Shown piece by piece: positions 40,771 to 52,957 of a stretch of DNA of 64,000 nt. The stretch is from Botryllus schlosseri (Eukaryota). Below the pieces are notes generated by a model. The model searched no databases, was not told the origin of the DNA, and saw nothing but the letters and a program-made list of their open reading frames with translations. Within the stretch, counting starts at the first letter, position 1; every line of letters begins with the position of its first letter. Both the position numbers and the translations under genes were made by a program. The stretch covers positions 3,164,001 to 3,228,000 of the forward strand of contig CM119373.1 of NCBI GenBank assembly GCA_051294905.1. Reading direction: 5' to 3'.

Positions 40771-41285
40771 TATATAACAAATAAAGTTGCTATTCCGTAT
40801 AGGTAATCGAGCGAAATTGCCTCTCAGTAGCAAGTCTTGAATTTTGAATTCATTACCGCACAATGCCCCGATTGGCGTTAACGGAAAACGGCATGTCAGA
40901 TTTTCGAGACAAAAATACGCTCTCTCGATTTAGCGAACATATGGGGATACGCGGCGTTTTGAAGACAATCGGTAGCGAACATATGGGGATACGCGGCGTC
41001 GAAAGAGTTAAGACGCATTTCTGTAGTGGATCCGTTTGGATTTTTTGCGGTTTAATATATGAAAACGGGATTTGGTTAGGAAGGAACCCCAATGCTTACG
41101 ACTAGATCTTTTCCAGTGGGCCGTCATTGGTGGGATTTCCCACCGATGTCATTGTCACCAATCGATTTTCATTGAGGGAGTCACCCGACCCACGACGATG
41201 ACGGCTTCAAAAAACTCAAAATCAATCCCACCTGAACTAATAACTCCCTGAGGTCAAAAAAGAATCTACTCGCGTACCACTAGTA

Positions 41286-41791
41286 CAGTGGTTCCCGAAC
41301 GGTGGCGAATTCAATGGATTCAGGTGGGTAATAGGCCTATTTGGTGTACATTATATACAGGATATTCTACATATTTACAGAGACACATGCGCAATTACCG
41401 TTACCAGTTAACTGCTCTGGAATGTATATATGTAACGAAAATTATAAATTGAAAGTGTCATCAGCGGACGCCTAAATGTCCTATTTTTTGGTAGCTTGTC
41501 CTTTTTTTCGCTGAATTCCACGGAAAATACGACCCCGACGCAGCGAGCGTCAGAGTTTCGTAAAAACAATCGGGAGCCGCGAGTAAAATGGTGACCTTTT
41601 TCTGGTCGATTTTTTTTAATCACCAGTTCTTTTGGAGCTTTCAGAATTTATAAATATCAGTGTTCTCTTTCTGGGATCTCGAAATATGATAACCCTATTT
41701 AAAAGGAATATAGGAGTTTTGGGTAGTGGGGAATGAAGACTCGGAATAAATTTGAAGTGGGGAATGAAGACAAAAAGGTTGGGAGCCACTG
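41286..41791. mobile_element. hAT-type MITE
   Basis: CAGTGGTTCCC / GGGAGCCACTG; near-TSD CACTAGTA/CACTAGTG. Confidence 0.8.
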
Positions 41792-41960
41792 CACTAGTGG
41801 GAACCACATAGCGTATGTGAATAATCATATTTATTCTATTTTACGTGTAACATTTGTGCAAATTTATAATGTGACAATAATAGCGAGGTGGCTTCGAGAG
41901 TCATGTTGATAACATACCATTGCTTCCTTGCAACGCAGCATGTCATTTATGATAAATTGG

Positions 41961-43207
41961 CAGATGTGGTCAAAGTAGTCAAGAAAGCTACTCAAAGTAG
42001 AAGTAGAAGTAGCAACGGAAAAATCTAGTCAAGTACGAGTAGAAGTACTTCATCCATAAGCCACCTAAAACTACTTGAAGTAGAAGTAGAATTGACTGAC
42101 TTTAAATCAACTCAAGTAAGTAAGAAGTTTTGAAAACAGTCTTAATTCGTTCGCACGGACTGTCCAAAGCTGCAAATCGAGCTATGCGGAAGACACAGAG
42201 AGCTTGATTCATATTGATGCTTCCCAGGAGGTATCGATTTTCGACAGAATAAGCATTCTTTCGCATCATGGGATGCAAATTATAGTTTTGATATGAAAAT
42301 GCGATAATAACCCTTTGTTTACTAGAAGACCGCAGCCCGTTTTAGAGAATATCATGGCATTTGGCATGGCGCCCGATCCCATATTATAAGGCCCCAAGTT
42401 TAGGCGAATAGTAATACGGAGAAGTTGTGTCGGATACGTTTTCAGCACTTTGCGCGATTAGTATACGTTAACAACAAATATTGTGGATCGAAAATGTTAT
42501 ATTTAGTGTAGCTTTTTTTTCGGAAAATAGAGGCATTACTACGCTTGTTTTTATGCTTTAACATGTATGTTGTGCAGACTAAAGAACTGAAAGTACTTAG
42601 AACTCAAGGTATGATACTCGGAATTGAAAGTGAAATACAATAGGCTACTACTTCTAATAAGCGGAAAATACATTTCATGTCTTTTGTCCATAAAGCTTCA
42701 AAGGTGATCTGCTAAAACAGGTGTATCTTTCGAAAAGGCCGGATTTTTCAGATTAGCAGGACACGTCATGGACGGCTAGATTACGAAATGATAGGTAATC
42801 GCTAGATTGCGAAACGTTATCGTGGGCCATATTTACCGCGATGAAATATTTGATATGGGCGACAATGCGGTGTGAGCGGAACCAAGCAATCCGGTATACC
42901 TATATAATATTCACTGATACTTCCGTGAAAACATGTTTGTCAATCCATAAGTACAGTGCGCGAAGCGCAACAATATTTTTGGGCTTTATTGACTTTTATG
43001 AATAATAAATGCTGGTACTTCGTGAAAACAGCCCCGAAATTCCTCAGGCTATCTTTCATATTGGGGGATTAAACTACTTCTACTTGACAAATTGAAAATA
43101 GCGAAAAGTAAGTAAGTAGATCACAAAATATTACGAAGTAGAAGTAGAGGAAAATTACTTGAGTACTTCAAAAAAGTAGAGAAGTACTTCGTTACTGACC
43201 ACCTCTG
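41961..43207. mobile_element. hAT-type element with AAGTAG subterminal repeats
   Basis: CAGATGTGGTCA / TGACCACCTCTG; TSD TAAATTGG (41953-41960, 43208-43215). Confidence 0.88.
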
Positions 43208-43298
43208 TAAATTGGCTTAGGCTACTGAAGGAAAATCACACACAACTATCACATACAAATATAAACATTTTTGGTCTTTATGACTACACGTTATAGAC

Positions 43299-44117
43299 CA
43301 GGGGTCACCAACACGCGGCCCGCGAGGTCATATTTTGCGGCCCGCGACTTCATTTGAGATTTCGGAAGAAAGCTAAGAAAACATTTTGAAATGCTGAAAT
43401 TAGCGTGTAATGGCCTAAACACTGCTAAGACCGATGCGCTTAGAAACCGTCGGCTTAAGGCAGTGGTTCTGAAACTGGGGGCGTGAAAGCATCTGAATGG
43501 GACGCGGAGCTGCGGGAAACCGAAAAAATATTCGCGCTATGCGCGATTCACGTCTAATTCATAGTTATTAATTATTATTACTCTGTGTATAATAGTCCGG
43601 AATTCATATTATAGAATTCTCCCATCAACATTCATAACCTTCCATGCCATCAAACTATTCGTTGGGATTGCTAGCTTTATGGGTGCATTTTGTGATATGA
43701 CGATAAGTGGGAGGCGCTAAATTTTTAGTATCAGGGGGCGTATTTAAAAAGGTTTGAGAACCACAGGCTCAGGATTTTCAGACAAGATCAAGCTTTACGC
43801 GGGGATGGTCTTTCAACTATAGTAACGTATCTCGCTAGACCCCAAAGGCGTTTCAGGTACCGTGCACAGTTCAGAGTTCAAAATATAATGAAATTGATGG
43901 CAATGATCTCTTGTTGTATTTTTATTCCTTTAATAAAATATTACTTCTTTTGTGGTCACTATGCCTATCGCCTATGTTAGGTATCATAGCGTTGTACTGA
44001 AGTCGAGTTTTATAACGTGGTTGCCTATACTAAATACCGATATTTAATGCATGCGGCCCGCGGCCGCTACGAATTTTGAAAAGTGGCCCGCGACCCCTTT
44101 TGAGTTGGCGACCCCTG
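43299..44117. mobile_element. hAT-type MITE containing a second MITE (~43461-43767)
   Basis: CAGGGGTCACCAAC / GTTGGCGACCCCTG with GGCCCGCG repeats; TSD not matched. Confidence 0.7.
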
Positions 44118-44410
44118 GCTTAGAGCCTAGAGAGTTAACTGTTGTTAACCGCTATTGTGACTATTGCCTCGACGATGACGTGATCTTTCTATGTAGAAAA
44201 CTTGTTATCCTATTCTGTAATTGTATGAGTTACATTTGACCGGGTCTCAGGGGAAGGCTCGGATTATAGGAAGCAAAGTAAGTGAGGTGGTAGTCTCAAT
44301 TCGAGTTGGCCAGCTACTCGACAAGCCTAAAATTGTTACAGCCAAAACTCTAATCAAGTAAATATAACGAACTATCGTTTGAGCTAGGCAACGACCAAAA
44401 CGTACGTTAT

Positions 44411-44600
44411 AGAGGGAAAGAGGCAATGTAGCCGTCTTGCCGCACCGCAGGCCTTTGCTCGCCTCGCCTTAAGTGCTTTTCCAGAGTCCACGCCGTCAAT
44501 ACCGAGGTATACAAAACTCTTGACATTCTTGGGCCTGATTTCTCCAAGTTTAATTGGTGCGCAGCTGCGAAGGGTGTGAGAGTACTCACTGGGCAGCACG
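44411..44600 (-). mobile_element. Inverted fragment of the same RTE-like LINE
   Basis: VKSFVYLG...DSGKALKARRAKACGAARRLHCLFPS; ~90 bp are the reverse complement (few mismatches) of 45262-45352. Confidence 0.7.
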
Positions 44601-45261
44601 GAATGGTGCGATACTCTTGTGTCTCATCACAGATAAACATTGCGCTATTAATCTCGGATGTCCATAATTTCTCTATCGATAGCCTTCTATTCTACGACAA
44701 CGTAAGCAATATAGTCTACGCCAGGGTTCTTCAACCGGGTGTATCGTACACCCTAGGGCCTAGGGTGTACCAAAACTTCCAAAGGGTGTAGCACTCGAAT
44801 GGGGTGTATTGGGTTGTACCAAATCCGCATTACAATGGACCAAGGACTAGCTATCACAATAAATAGGCAAGACTATGCGTCAACACAGGTTGACCGGATT
44901 CGCAATATCGGCCACACATCTGAAGAAGATCCAGGTTATCCAGAGTAAAGCTTTACGGATCTGGAAAAATGCCATGCGTAGCACCCTGATTTGCGTTATT
45001 CAAGCCAAATGTCGGGAAACGCCTCGACATCCGCGGCACAAATTTATTTCCATGTGGTCACCTGATGAACCAGGAACCGTGAGACTCGTTCATCAGCCAA
45101 ATTATTGAAGATTCCTGGCATGACATTTACAGTCTCACAAATCTAAGCTTTCAGACATTCAACACGTGGATCGCTATTCAATGACTTCATATTGGACAGG
45201 AACCGGTTTCCCTCGTCTCCTCCCTGGTTCTTACCTCTGACATGAGTACCATGAACACCGC

Positions 45262-45509
45262 AGTATTGACGTCGCGGACTCTGGAAAAGCACTTAAGGCG
45301 AGGCGAGCAAAGGCCTGGGCCGCGGCAAGACGGCTACATTGCCTCTTCCCCTCAAGGGCCTCACCCCGCATTTTCCGTGCCACTGTCGAGCAGGTTCTTC
45401 TCTACGGAATAGAGGCACTCACGCTGACAGAGAAGCTGGCTAAGACGCTCAACGCCAACTACGATGTACTTCTCCGCTACGCCCTCGTCATCCACCACCC
45501 GGAGCACAT
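45262..45509 (+). mobile_element. RTE-like non-LTR retrotransposon, ORF C-terminal fragment (left half)
   Basis: IFRATVEQVLLYGIEALTLTEKLAKTLNANYDVLLRYALVIHHPEH is typical of the post-RT region of RTE-clade LINEs; continues in frame at 56609. Confidence 0.75.
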
Positions 45510-45731
45510 TGGGCTCGAAAGTCACGTGACTGGGGCCAAACCATTATCTTAGATAGGCGCTGCCCGTGTTAATGTCCGATATTGGTCTGTTTTCAATTCG
45601 TATTTTCTGTCTTAGTGAGGTTGTTTGTAGTATAGTTTGAGGTTTTATGGTATCATCGTAGTATAATTAGCGAGTTTCAGGGTTTTTAAATGGTTACTAG
45701 AATGTATTATGTTATTTTTCAGTCGCTCAAA

Positions 45732-48397
45732 ATGCCACAGTGTTGCGTGCCACCATGTCGTAATAGAAGAGAAACCAATCCAGAGTTGTCTTTCTATCGA
45801 CTTCCGAAATGCAAGAAAGCCATGGGGAAAGTGGCTGAAATTAATAAGGCAAGGGGTGGATGATAAATTGTATTTAAATTAAAGGCTCTGCTTTTTGTAT
45901 GCCAAGACCGTGTAATCAATGGCAATTATTTTGAGATGAACGACTTGAATTATTTTTTTTGAAATGTATTTTAGGATAGAGAAAGGGTTTACGCCAGGGA
46001 TTCTCAGCCCTTTTTTGGCCGTGGCCCATCTCTAATCTTAAAGTCATAATCCCGTACAATGTGTGGTAATCGACGGCGCCGATATGCCTATTTCTCTAAA
46101 ATATGCGCATTTTTGTCCCAATTTACTGATGAAATTGAAATATAACATCTCGGGGCATCGGACAATTTTCTAGTTGAATGAATATCTTCCAACACACGAC
46201 CAACGAAATAATCTTGGGCTCCTTCTAGCTCCCCCTATCAGGGGTTTGGGTGCGGCAGTTACGGCTCTGGTAGATTATATGCTAAAACTTCTGAGTATTT
46301 TAAGATCGTCCGCGGCTCCATTCGCTTCACGTAACACAATGATCGAATTCCCGCATAACACTGTGTGATTGGGATTTTAGTTCCACTATTGAGGGGAATA
46401 GTATAATCATTCTGGGCCAGCTTCAAACAATTCATTTGTGAATGGGATACTACAGAGGAGTGGAGAGATTTTCTTATGTTGCACAATGTACATTGTAGGC
46501 CTATGTCACGTAGGCCTACTGAACCAACTGAAGTTGCGATGTCGGAATATTCAATCCATGATACTATCAATTTGTGTGACTCTTACATTATGTACATTGA
46601 TTTCCAGGCATGACATTTTAAACAGATTCCAAATATTATTGCGCTCCGCTGATACCTCAATCCATTACTATTCGTTGCGGTGGTGCAGTATACCTCAATC
46701 AGAAGTTGCTAATAATTTGCAATTAAGGCCATTTTCAACTTACAATAATACGCACTGCCGAAGTACAGTAAATCCCATTTTCACTTCATTCCGAGTTTAT
46801 TGCACACCCCTTGCAACGGCATACGACATTATGACCCTGCCGAAATACCTGGTTACTTCAGCATAACCTTCCAGGTATTATATATGCGAAATTATTTTAG
46901 TTGCTGTTAGCCATAGGTAGTCATAGCTAGTGTAATAAGCCGCCGTTTCTGCCTCCCATTTTCGTCTTGAAATGCTGACTCCATACGTACCACTACGTCT
47001 CATCAGAGTCCGATGAAAAGCTTTACTAATATGAATTTATTTTTAGTGATTAACACAACAAATGTTTCTAAACTTACATTATTTCTAAAATTTTCCCAAT
47101 AGCTCTGTGGCCCACCTCAAATGATCTTGTGGCCCACCAGTGGGCCATGGCCCACCCTTTGAGAACCCCTGGTTTACGCCAACGATAAATACAAGAATAT
47201 GCAGCTGGCATTTTCCAATGGGGAAGGTGGCAGGACCTACTAGATTTGAATGGAACGAAGGCAAGAGAATAGACCGCAGTAGCCCCGAGAAAATAATGAG
47301 GATATCCACCCCAAAAAACATTCAGATTTGTTGACCACAAATAGTGAATGTCCTACACCTACAAGGATACATGCAGAAAATGATGATGTGGAAGAAATGA
47401 AAAAACAAATATCTATTTTCAGGAAACGTGTGTTAGCTCTTAATGAGAAAGAAAAAGAAGAATTACGTTCAGACAATATAAAGTTGAAACAGGCCAATCA
47501 CAAGCAATTCATCCACAGTTTCAAAGATAGTGCAGAGAAGATAGCTATGTATACTTCGTAACCGGACAAAAAAAACTTTCGACATAGTTGTTGCAATGAT
47601 ACAGCGGTTTACGGTTAAGTATCATTCGAACTGGAATGTTAAAATCCTCTCAATCGAAGACCAAGTGTTGCTAACTCTGATGAAACTAACACTCAACTTG
47701 CCAAATCTAGATTTGGCTGTTCGCTTCAATGTTAGTACAGGCACTGTTACCAATGTTTTTCTAAGTTTGATTGAGGTCATGCATGCCATTTTCCACACAG
47801 TTATTATGGTCAAAAAGTTTCCGTCATTGCTCAAATGCCAGATGAGTGCTCCAGAGTGTTTCCGTAGTTTTCCTAACTGCAGAGTAATTTTAGATTGTAC
47901 TGAAGTACGAACAGCCAAACCCGATGATCTTGGCAAAAATTGTCAAACGTTTAGCCACTACAAAAAAGGTAACACACTGAAAGCATTAGTTGGAGTCGCA
48001 CCTAATATGGAACGATAAGTTTGTGTCAGAACTTTATGCAGGCTCCACGTCAGATGAGGCCATTACAAAAGATTGTGAAATCCTTGACTTATTGGAACCT
48101 GGGCACCTGATTTTAGCTGACAAGGGGTTTGCAATTCACATCATACTTCCTCCAGGAGTTACTGTGAACCATCCATCATTTTTAAGCAATCCTCAATTCA
48201 CTCCTCAGGAAGTATCAGCCAACAAAGAGTTATCGCGAGTCCGTATTCATGTTGAAAGGGCGATACAGCGAATTAAAGTTTTTCGTATCTTGGAGTTCAT
48301 TCCACACCATTATCGACACCTATCCAGCAAGATCTTTCAGTGTGCTTCATGCTTGGCAAATCTGCAGACCCCAATCATCCAAAATGCTTATAAATAG
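45732..48397 (+). pseudogene. THAP + HTH + DDE (Harbinger/ISL2EU-type) transposase, disrupted
   Basis: THAP: MPQCCVPPC...SFYRLP (45732-) and FTPTINTRICSWHF (split by a MITE at 45995-47171); HTH: LSIEDQVLLTLMKLTLNLPNLDLAVRFNVSTGTV; catalytic motifs ILDCTEV, FSHYKKGNTLK, ILADKGF, RIHVERAIQRIK. Frameshift near 48010 and stop near 47560. Confidence 0.9.
45995..47171. mobile_element. hAT-type non-autonomous element inside the THAP exon
   Basis: Termini CAGGGATTCTCA / TGAGAACCCCTG; 8-bp TSD GTTTACGC at 45987-45994 and 47172-47179. Confidence 0.85.
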
Positions 48398-48741
48398 TTA
48401 TTTTATTCATATTATGTACCTATTGTTTTTTAGGCCAAATCCCTTGTTTATAGTTGATAACAATCCTACTCTTTCTTTAGATACTAATGCTTCTGAATAT
48501 ATAATGAATCAAGGTAACGATGGATGCAAGACTGCGGTGTCAAACTGTCCTGTATTGAATACTTCAACTTGTCAAAAGGTTGGCTGCAATATAGCCTGGA
48601 TAACACCGAGATCATAAAAGATAACTTTTCTGGATCATCGCGACGTATTGCATGATGTGCTTGGTGACTCTGCCAAGAACTGCACACTGGAAGACATTTT
48701 CTTCTTTATTGCCATAAAAAAAACACTCGGCTGCCCTGCAC

Positions 48742-49705
48742 CAGTGTTGGGATGACTCGAGTCATGACTTGACTCGAGTCAGACTCGAGTCACATTTTCG
48801 TATGACTTGACTTGACTCGAGTCACTTAGCTAAAATGACTTGACTTGACTTGACAAGCGTATCAGAAATGTGGATTGACTCGTGACTCGGAGCAAAATTC
48901 ACGAGTCAAATTCAAGTCATCAAGTAGGCTAATCGGTTTCGATCAAATTCCCTGTATCTTGCATATGTTCGGGTTGTTCGCGGAACGCTGGTGTAACCTG
49001 TGAGAGCGACCAATCATTCAATGATCGTGCGTTTTACTGAGCCTCCATTGATCGCAAACGAAGTGCTCGAAGCTTACAACCTACGTTGCCGTAAACTGTA
49101 TAGTATAGTTAAGTAATTTAATAGCAAAATGTCTCTTTCTGTTCTGTGTTCTTAACTTAACCAAACCTCTTGTTTTACTGAAATTTAATTCGAAAATAGT
49201 TTATATAGTCCTCAACCATTGGCGCAGGCTCGAATTGTATCATGTCAATTTGCAAAAGGGTAATGTATTGCATCCTATCTATTCGTTTCTCTATTCTCTA
49301 TTTTGTTTGGTAACTATAAACTGAGGCTGTGCAATTACTTACGTAGCTTATTAGTTCTACTTATATGTGAGCGATACAGCGCCTTACTTGCGTGTATATT
49401 TACCACTATATTCGTTCATCGGTTCAAAATCAATGACAACCCAATCTGTATTTCAGACAGCTAGCAAAATACAATGACGTAATCACGCCTCATACCTCGA
49501 AAAGGCAATTTGACTCGAATTGTGACTTGACTCGTGACTTGACTGGACTTGACTCGACTTAACTCGAGTCACCTCCAAAAATCGACTGACTTGACTTGAC
49601 TCGAGTCACCTTCGAAAATCGATTGACTTGACTTGACTCGAGTCAAAATGTGCAATGACTCGAAATGACTCGTGACTCGAAGGTAGTGACTTGATCCCAA
49701 CACTG
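48742..49705. mobile_element. hAT-type MITE with GACTT/GACTCGAGTC subterminal repeats
   Basis: TIR CAGTGTTGGGAT / ATCCCAACACTG; TSD CCCTGCAC at 48734-48741 and 49706-49713. Confidence 0.9.
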
Positions 49706-50129
49706 CCCTGCACCCCATTGGGAACTTGCTATGGCATGGGGTTATTGTATGGAAGTGGTGCGAACAATTCAAACACCTACCAACTTTTGAAGTCGTCCCC
49801 ATGTGCAGTTGCAGAACTTGGTAGACAGACCGCCGTGATGTCGACAAGAAGCAACACCACAGCTACTGCATGTCAGGACTCAGTGACAGCCACATTGCCG
49901 GAACTATGCTCGCTTCTACAAACTTGCACTGTATAAACAGTCCCCTTCGTTTTATTGCTCGCCCAATCCCATGCCAACTCCACCCCGTGTAGTCCACCTT
50001 TTCCATTCCTTAATTCAGCAAGCAGACCTAATCTGGGACCAATACTTTTTCATTCTTGGTATGAAGCAAATACATTTTCAAGTTCTGAATTTGTTGTCAA
50101 ATTTATTACGCAACATTTTACCAGCACTC

Positions 50130-52095
50130 TCAGAGTTCAAGCGATAGCAGGAGAGGTAAAATGGTATTCCTATAAAAGTCTCTCAAGAGAATTAAATTGT
50201 TCTCCCAGTCACTATCCTTAGGTATTCTCTGGACCAACAGTTCTGTTGGTGTCCAAACCACAAAATGGCATAACTCCGCGTTTGCCAAGTATAAGCCACC
50301 CTGCACCTGGTCATAGTACTCGTGATTTTTGTCGAGTACCAAATTATCCCCAGCTATTTTCAAAAAGAAGTCCTTTTTCGTCACGGCCAAATCCATCAAG
50401 GAGGTTGATTTCGCGGAATAGGGACACTTCACCTCTATTAATTCATTTTCATCAATGATGGCGTCGAGTGATGTTCCAAGCATGCCAGTGGGATCGATAC
50501 ATAACCCACATTGTGATATTTCACAATTTACTTGCTGGGCATATTGATGCAGGGCGTCGGATTCGTGCACGACTCCCCACTTTATAGCCTGTAATGATAT
50601 TGTCGAAGGTTTACAGCCTGCAACTAACCTACGTTATCTTAATTTGTGTTTAAACCAAGTGTCATAATACTTACTGGAGCTTTGACTGCAGACGAATATT
50701 GACCAAGTAGCGTCTTCATCAATGAGTCAGAGTAACGACCTCTTTTAATGGACCGAAGTACCTTTCCAAAGTTGCTTGATGTAACTCTACCTTGTCTTAT
50801 TTGGTTCCTGCAATTGGTTGAGAAATACTGTGTGTTCACTCTCACGATGAAATGGTGTGTGCTATGTGAAACCGCTTAACTACGGCTCAATGACCCGCCA
50901 TTACAATTGGGTGAATATACCAAAAAGTCATTCATTTACCAGATCTGGTTGTTGTGTTGGCCTTTCGTCAAAGTTAACACGGAAGTTTGCTCATTACCGT
51001 CCAAACGGAGAAGTGATAATATTAAGCCTATTCGCTCCTTCTCATTGTCGACACTGTAAGTTTCTTGCAGAAAATGTGCAACTGTTTTGTCATTCAATGT
51101 CTGTAAGAGGGGAGAAATTAGCATCAAAACTGCAACATAAAACATAGCACTTACAGCAGCAGGTCCTTTGGATAAGAGCCAACCAAATCCTGTAGGTCTA
51201 TTCAAATTTGCTAATCCCTCTTTGAAAACTAGGATGTCATCGTCGTTGACGTCACGATCCGTAGTAGCTGAAATATATTGTTCACGTCGAAATACAATGC
51301 TGTATGCCATTAAAAAAAAAACTTATACCTTGTCCTTGATTTGGCCAGATTTGAAAAATTCTTTTACCAGCGCTTTCAATTTACTTTCTCGGCTTTAACC
51401 ACTGGCATTCAACATCGGTGCGTGTTATGTTTTTGCATAGCCAAAGAAGAACCGCAGCCATATGGTGGCACTGGAATTGGCCATTTGGACAGCCGCAATG
51501 TGCGCGACAAATCTTCTGATCAGTAATGTGCAGGATCTGAGACAAAACCATGTCATCTGAAAGAGAGAGAGAGATATGGTATTCTTTTTCGCCTGCGCCA
51601 CCGAGATGCTTCGACGATGGAGATGCGATACGGCCTTTATGGTAAGGTCATCTAGTCTACATCCCCGCTCCATGCTATCCGTGATTGCCGAGCGCCTAGC
51701 AGGATAGCCGCGGATACCAGTTTTCGAGTCTTTGGTCTGACCCACGACCTACCGATCGAGAAGGCGGACGCACAACCATTACACTATCTCGCTCGGTATG
51801 AGTCAATAAGATGCCAGAGGAGTTGTTACTCAAGTACAAGAAATGCTGTAAATTTCCACTGAATTTCAAGTAGAGGTAATCTTTCACAAAGCTTTCTGGT
51901 AATTTAGCTGTTACCAACCTCAATTTCGTAAACTTTCTGCTCGTAGCTGTACTGAATACGGCCCACCGCTCTACCGTCACCACCATACTTCGCTGATACT
52001 AAATGATCGCTGTCTAAAGCATTTTGACCTCTTCTAACCAGATTCGGGTCAGTTTTAAAGAAATCACATATCGTAAAAGTAGTAACCAAATCCAT
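50130..52095 (-). pseudogene. SWIM zinc finger + YqaJ (lambda-exonuclease-like) protein of the ISL2EU element, multi-exon, probably disrupted
   Basis: Exon 1 MDLVTTFTICDFF...RRGQNALDSDH (52095-51919); exon 2 from 51536 HCGCPNGQFQCHHMAA (SWIM CxC..CxH); later exons TKGQHNNQIW, RQGRVTSSNFGKV, WGVVHESDA, GTSLDA, IEVKCPY, YYDQVQGGL, CHFVVWT (YqaJ motifs). Apparent frameshift near 51380. Confidence 0.88.
51561..51796 (-). mobile_element. tRNA-derived SINE, family C, in intron 1 of the YqaJ gene; other copies ~34888-35753 (-), ~56069-56361 (+), head ~20925-21000 (-)
   Basis: Head CCGAGCGAGATAGTGTAATGG, central GACCAAAGACTCGAAAACTGGTATCCGCGG..CTAGGCGCTC, (CT)n tail; B-box GGTTCGA(T/C)CC intact in the other copies. 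Confidence 0.8.
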
Positions 52096-52957
52096 CTGAA
52101 AGGAAATACATTGTATCACTTATACTGATATACTATACGGTAAATGTAAGTGTTACTGTTACTAAATGTCTAATCCTAACGAACTACCGTCTCTCTATAC
52201 TTTACCCTCCATTTGTAAGTAAATAAATTCTTCTTGCAGCCACTGGCGTAGCAGCATGTGGTGCCGCCCCTGGCTCTCGCTGAAAATGCCCCCCCCCCCC
52301 AGCAAATTTCGACATAGATTCATGTTCAAGCAATCTTGTCAATAAAAATATTTACAAATAATATGTCGCGTCTCAGCCTCGCCGTCTCAACGTTAATAAG
52401 GCCGAAAACAATAAAGACAAGAAATAGTGAACGAATGTGTTGTGCAAATCGAAAATCAATAGCCGCCTCAAAGCAAAATCAGCGATAATATCCTCAAATT
52501 CAAGTTTTTGAACGTAGTCTCTTTCTATAGACAGAATGGATAGAGCTGACAGCCGATCATCATTCATGGTAGAACGTAAATAAGACTTAATCAGTTTGAG
52601 CTTTGAGAAGCTCCTCACACGGCTCGCAATTGAAACACCAATGGTCAATGGTGTCGAATCAAGTAGCTTTGCATTGACTAACCACTGTAAAACATCAAAC
52701 GCTGTTTCACTGCTCCGCACCAGCCTCTTAACCAGGAGCGGGCAACTTCTCTAGTCGGCGGGCCGGATATAGGAAAATAAAGTACTTGGCGGACCGGATT
52801 GCTGTAACGATACATTATTCGCCCATTTATCCACATATACAAGGAATAAATCGTATTTAATGAATGTATTGTAACGACAGCAATGTCACTTCAAAGCTAT
52901 TTCTCTCTGATAATGAGGAAGACAATGTGGATTTGAGAATATAGCATTGCCACACAG

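Larger units (their letters stand above)
34117..41007. mobile_element. piggyBac-like non-autonomous element with nested insertions
   Basis: TTAA on both sides (34113-34116, 41008-41011); 14-bp TIR CTCTTTCGACGCCG / CGGCGTCGAAAGAG; internal subterminal match TTGTCTTCAAAACGCCGCG / CGCGGCGTTTTGAAGACAA. Confidence 0.85.
33957..41807. mobile_element. Outer hAT-type MITE expanded by nested insertions
   Basis: Left end CAGTGATTGCCAAC..CTCGCGTACCAC after GTATAGCG; right end CTCGCGTACCACTAGT..GGGAACCAC followed by ATAGCG (partial TSD). Confidence 0.6.

Noticed and set aside
47596..48397. Domesticated HARBI1-like host gene
   Set aside because: Frameshift, stop codon, MITE insertion and intact flanking TIRs/TSD indicate a decayed transposon.
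50130..50570. Prophage or viral recombinase origin of the YqaJ ORF
   Set aside because: It has spliceosomal introns, a SWIM finger and lies within transposon TIRs next to a DDE transposase; no phage genes nearby.
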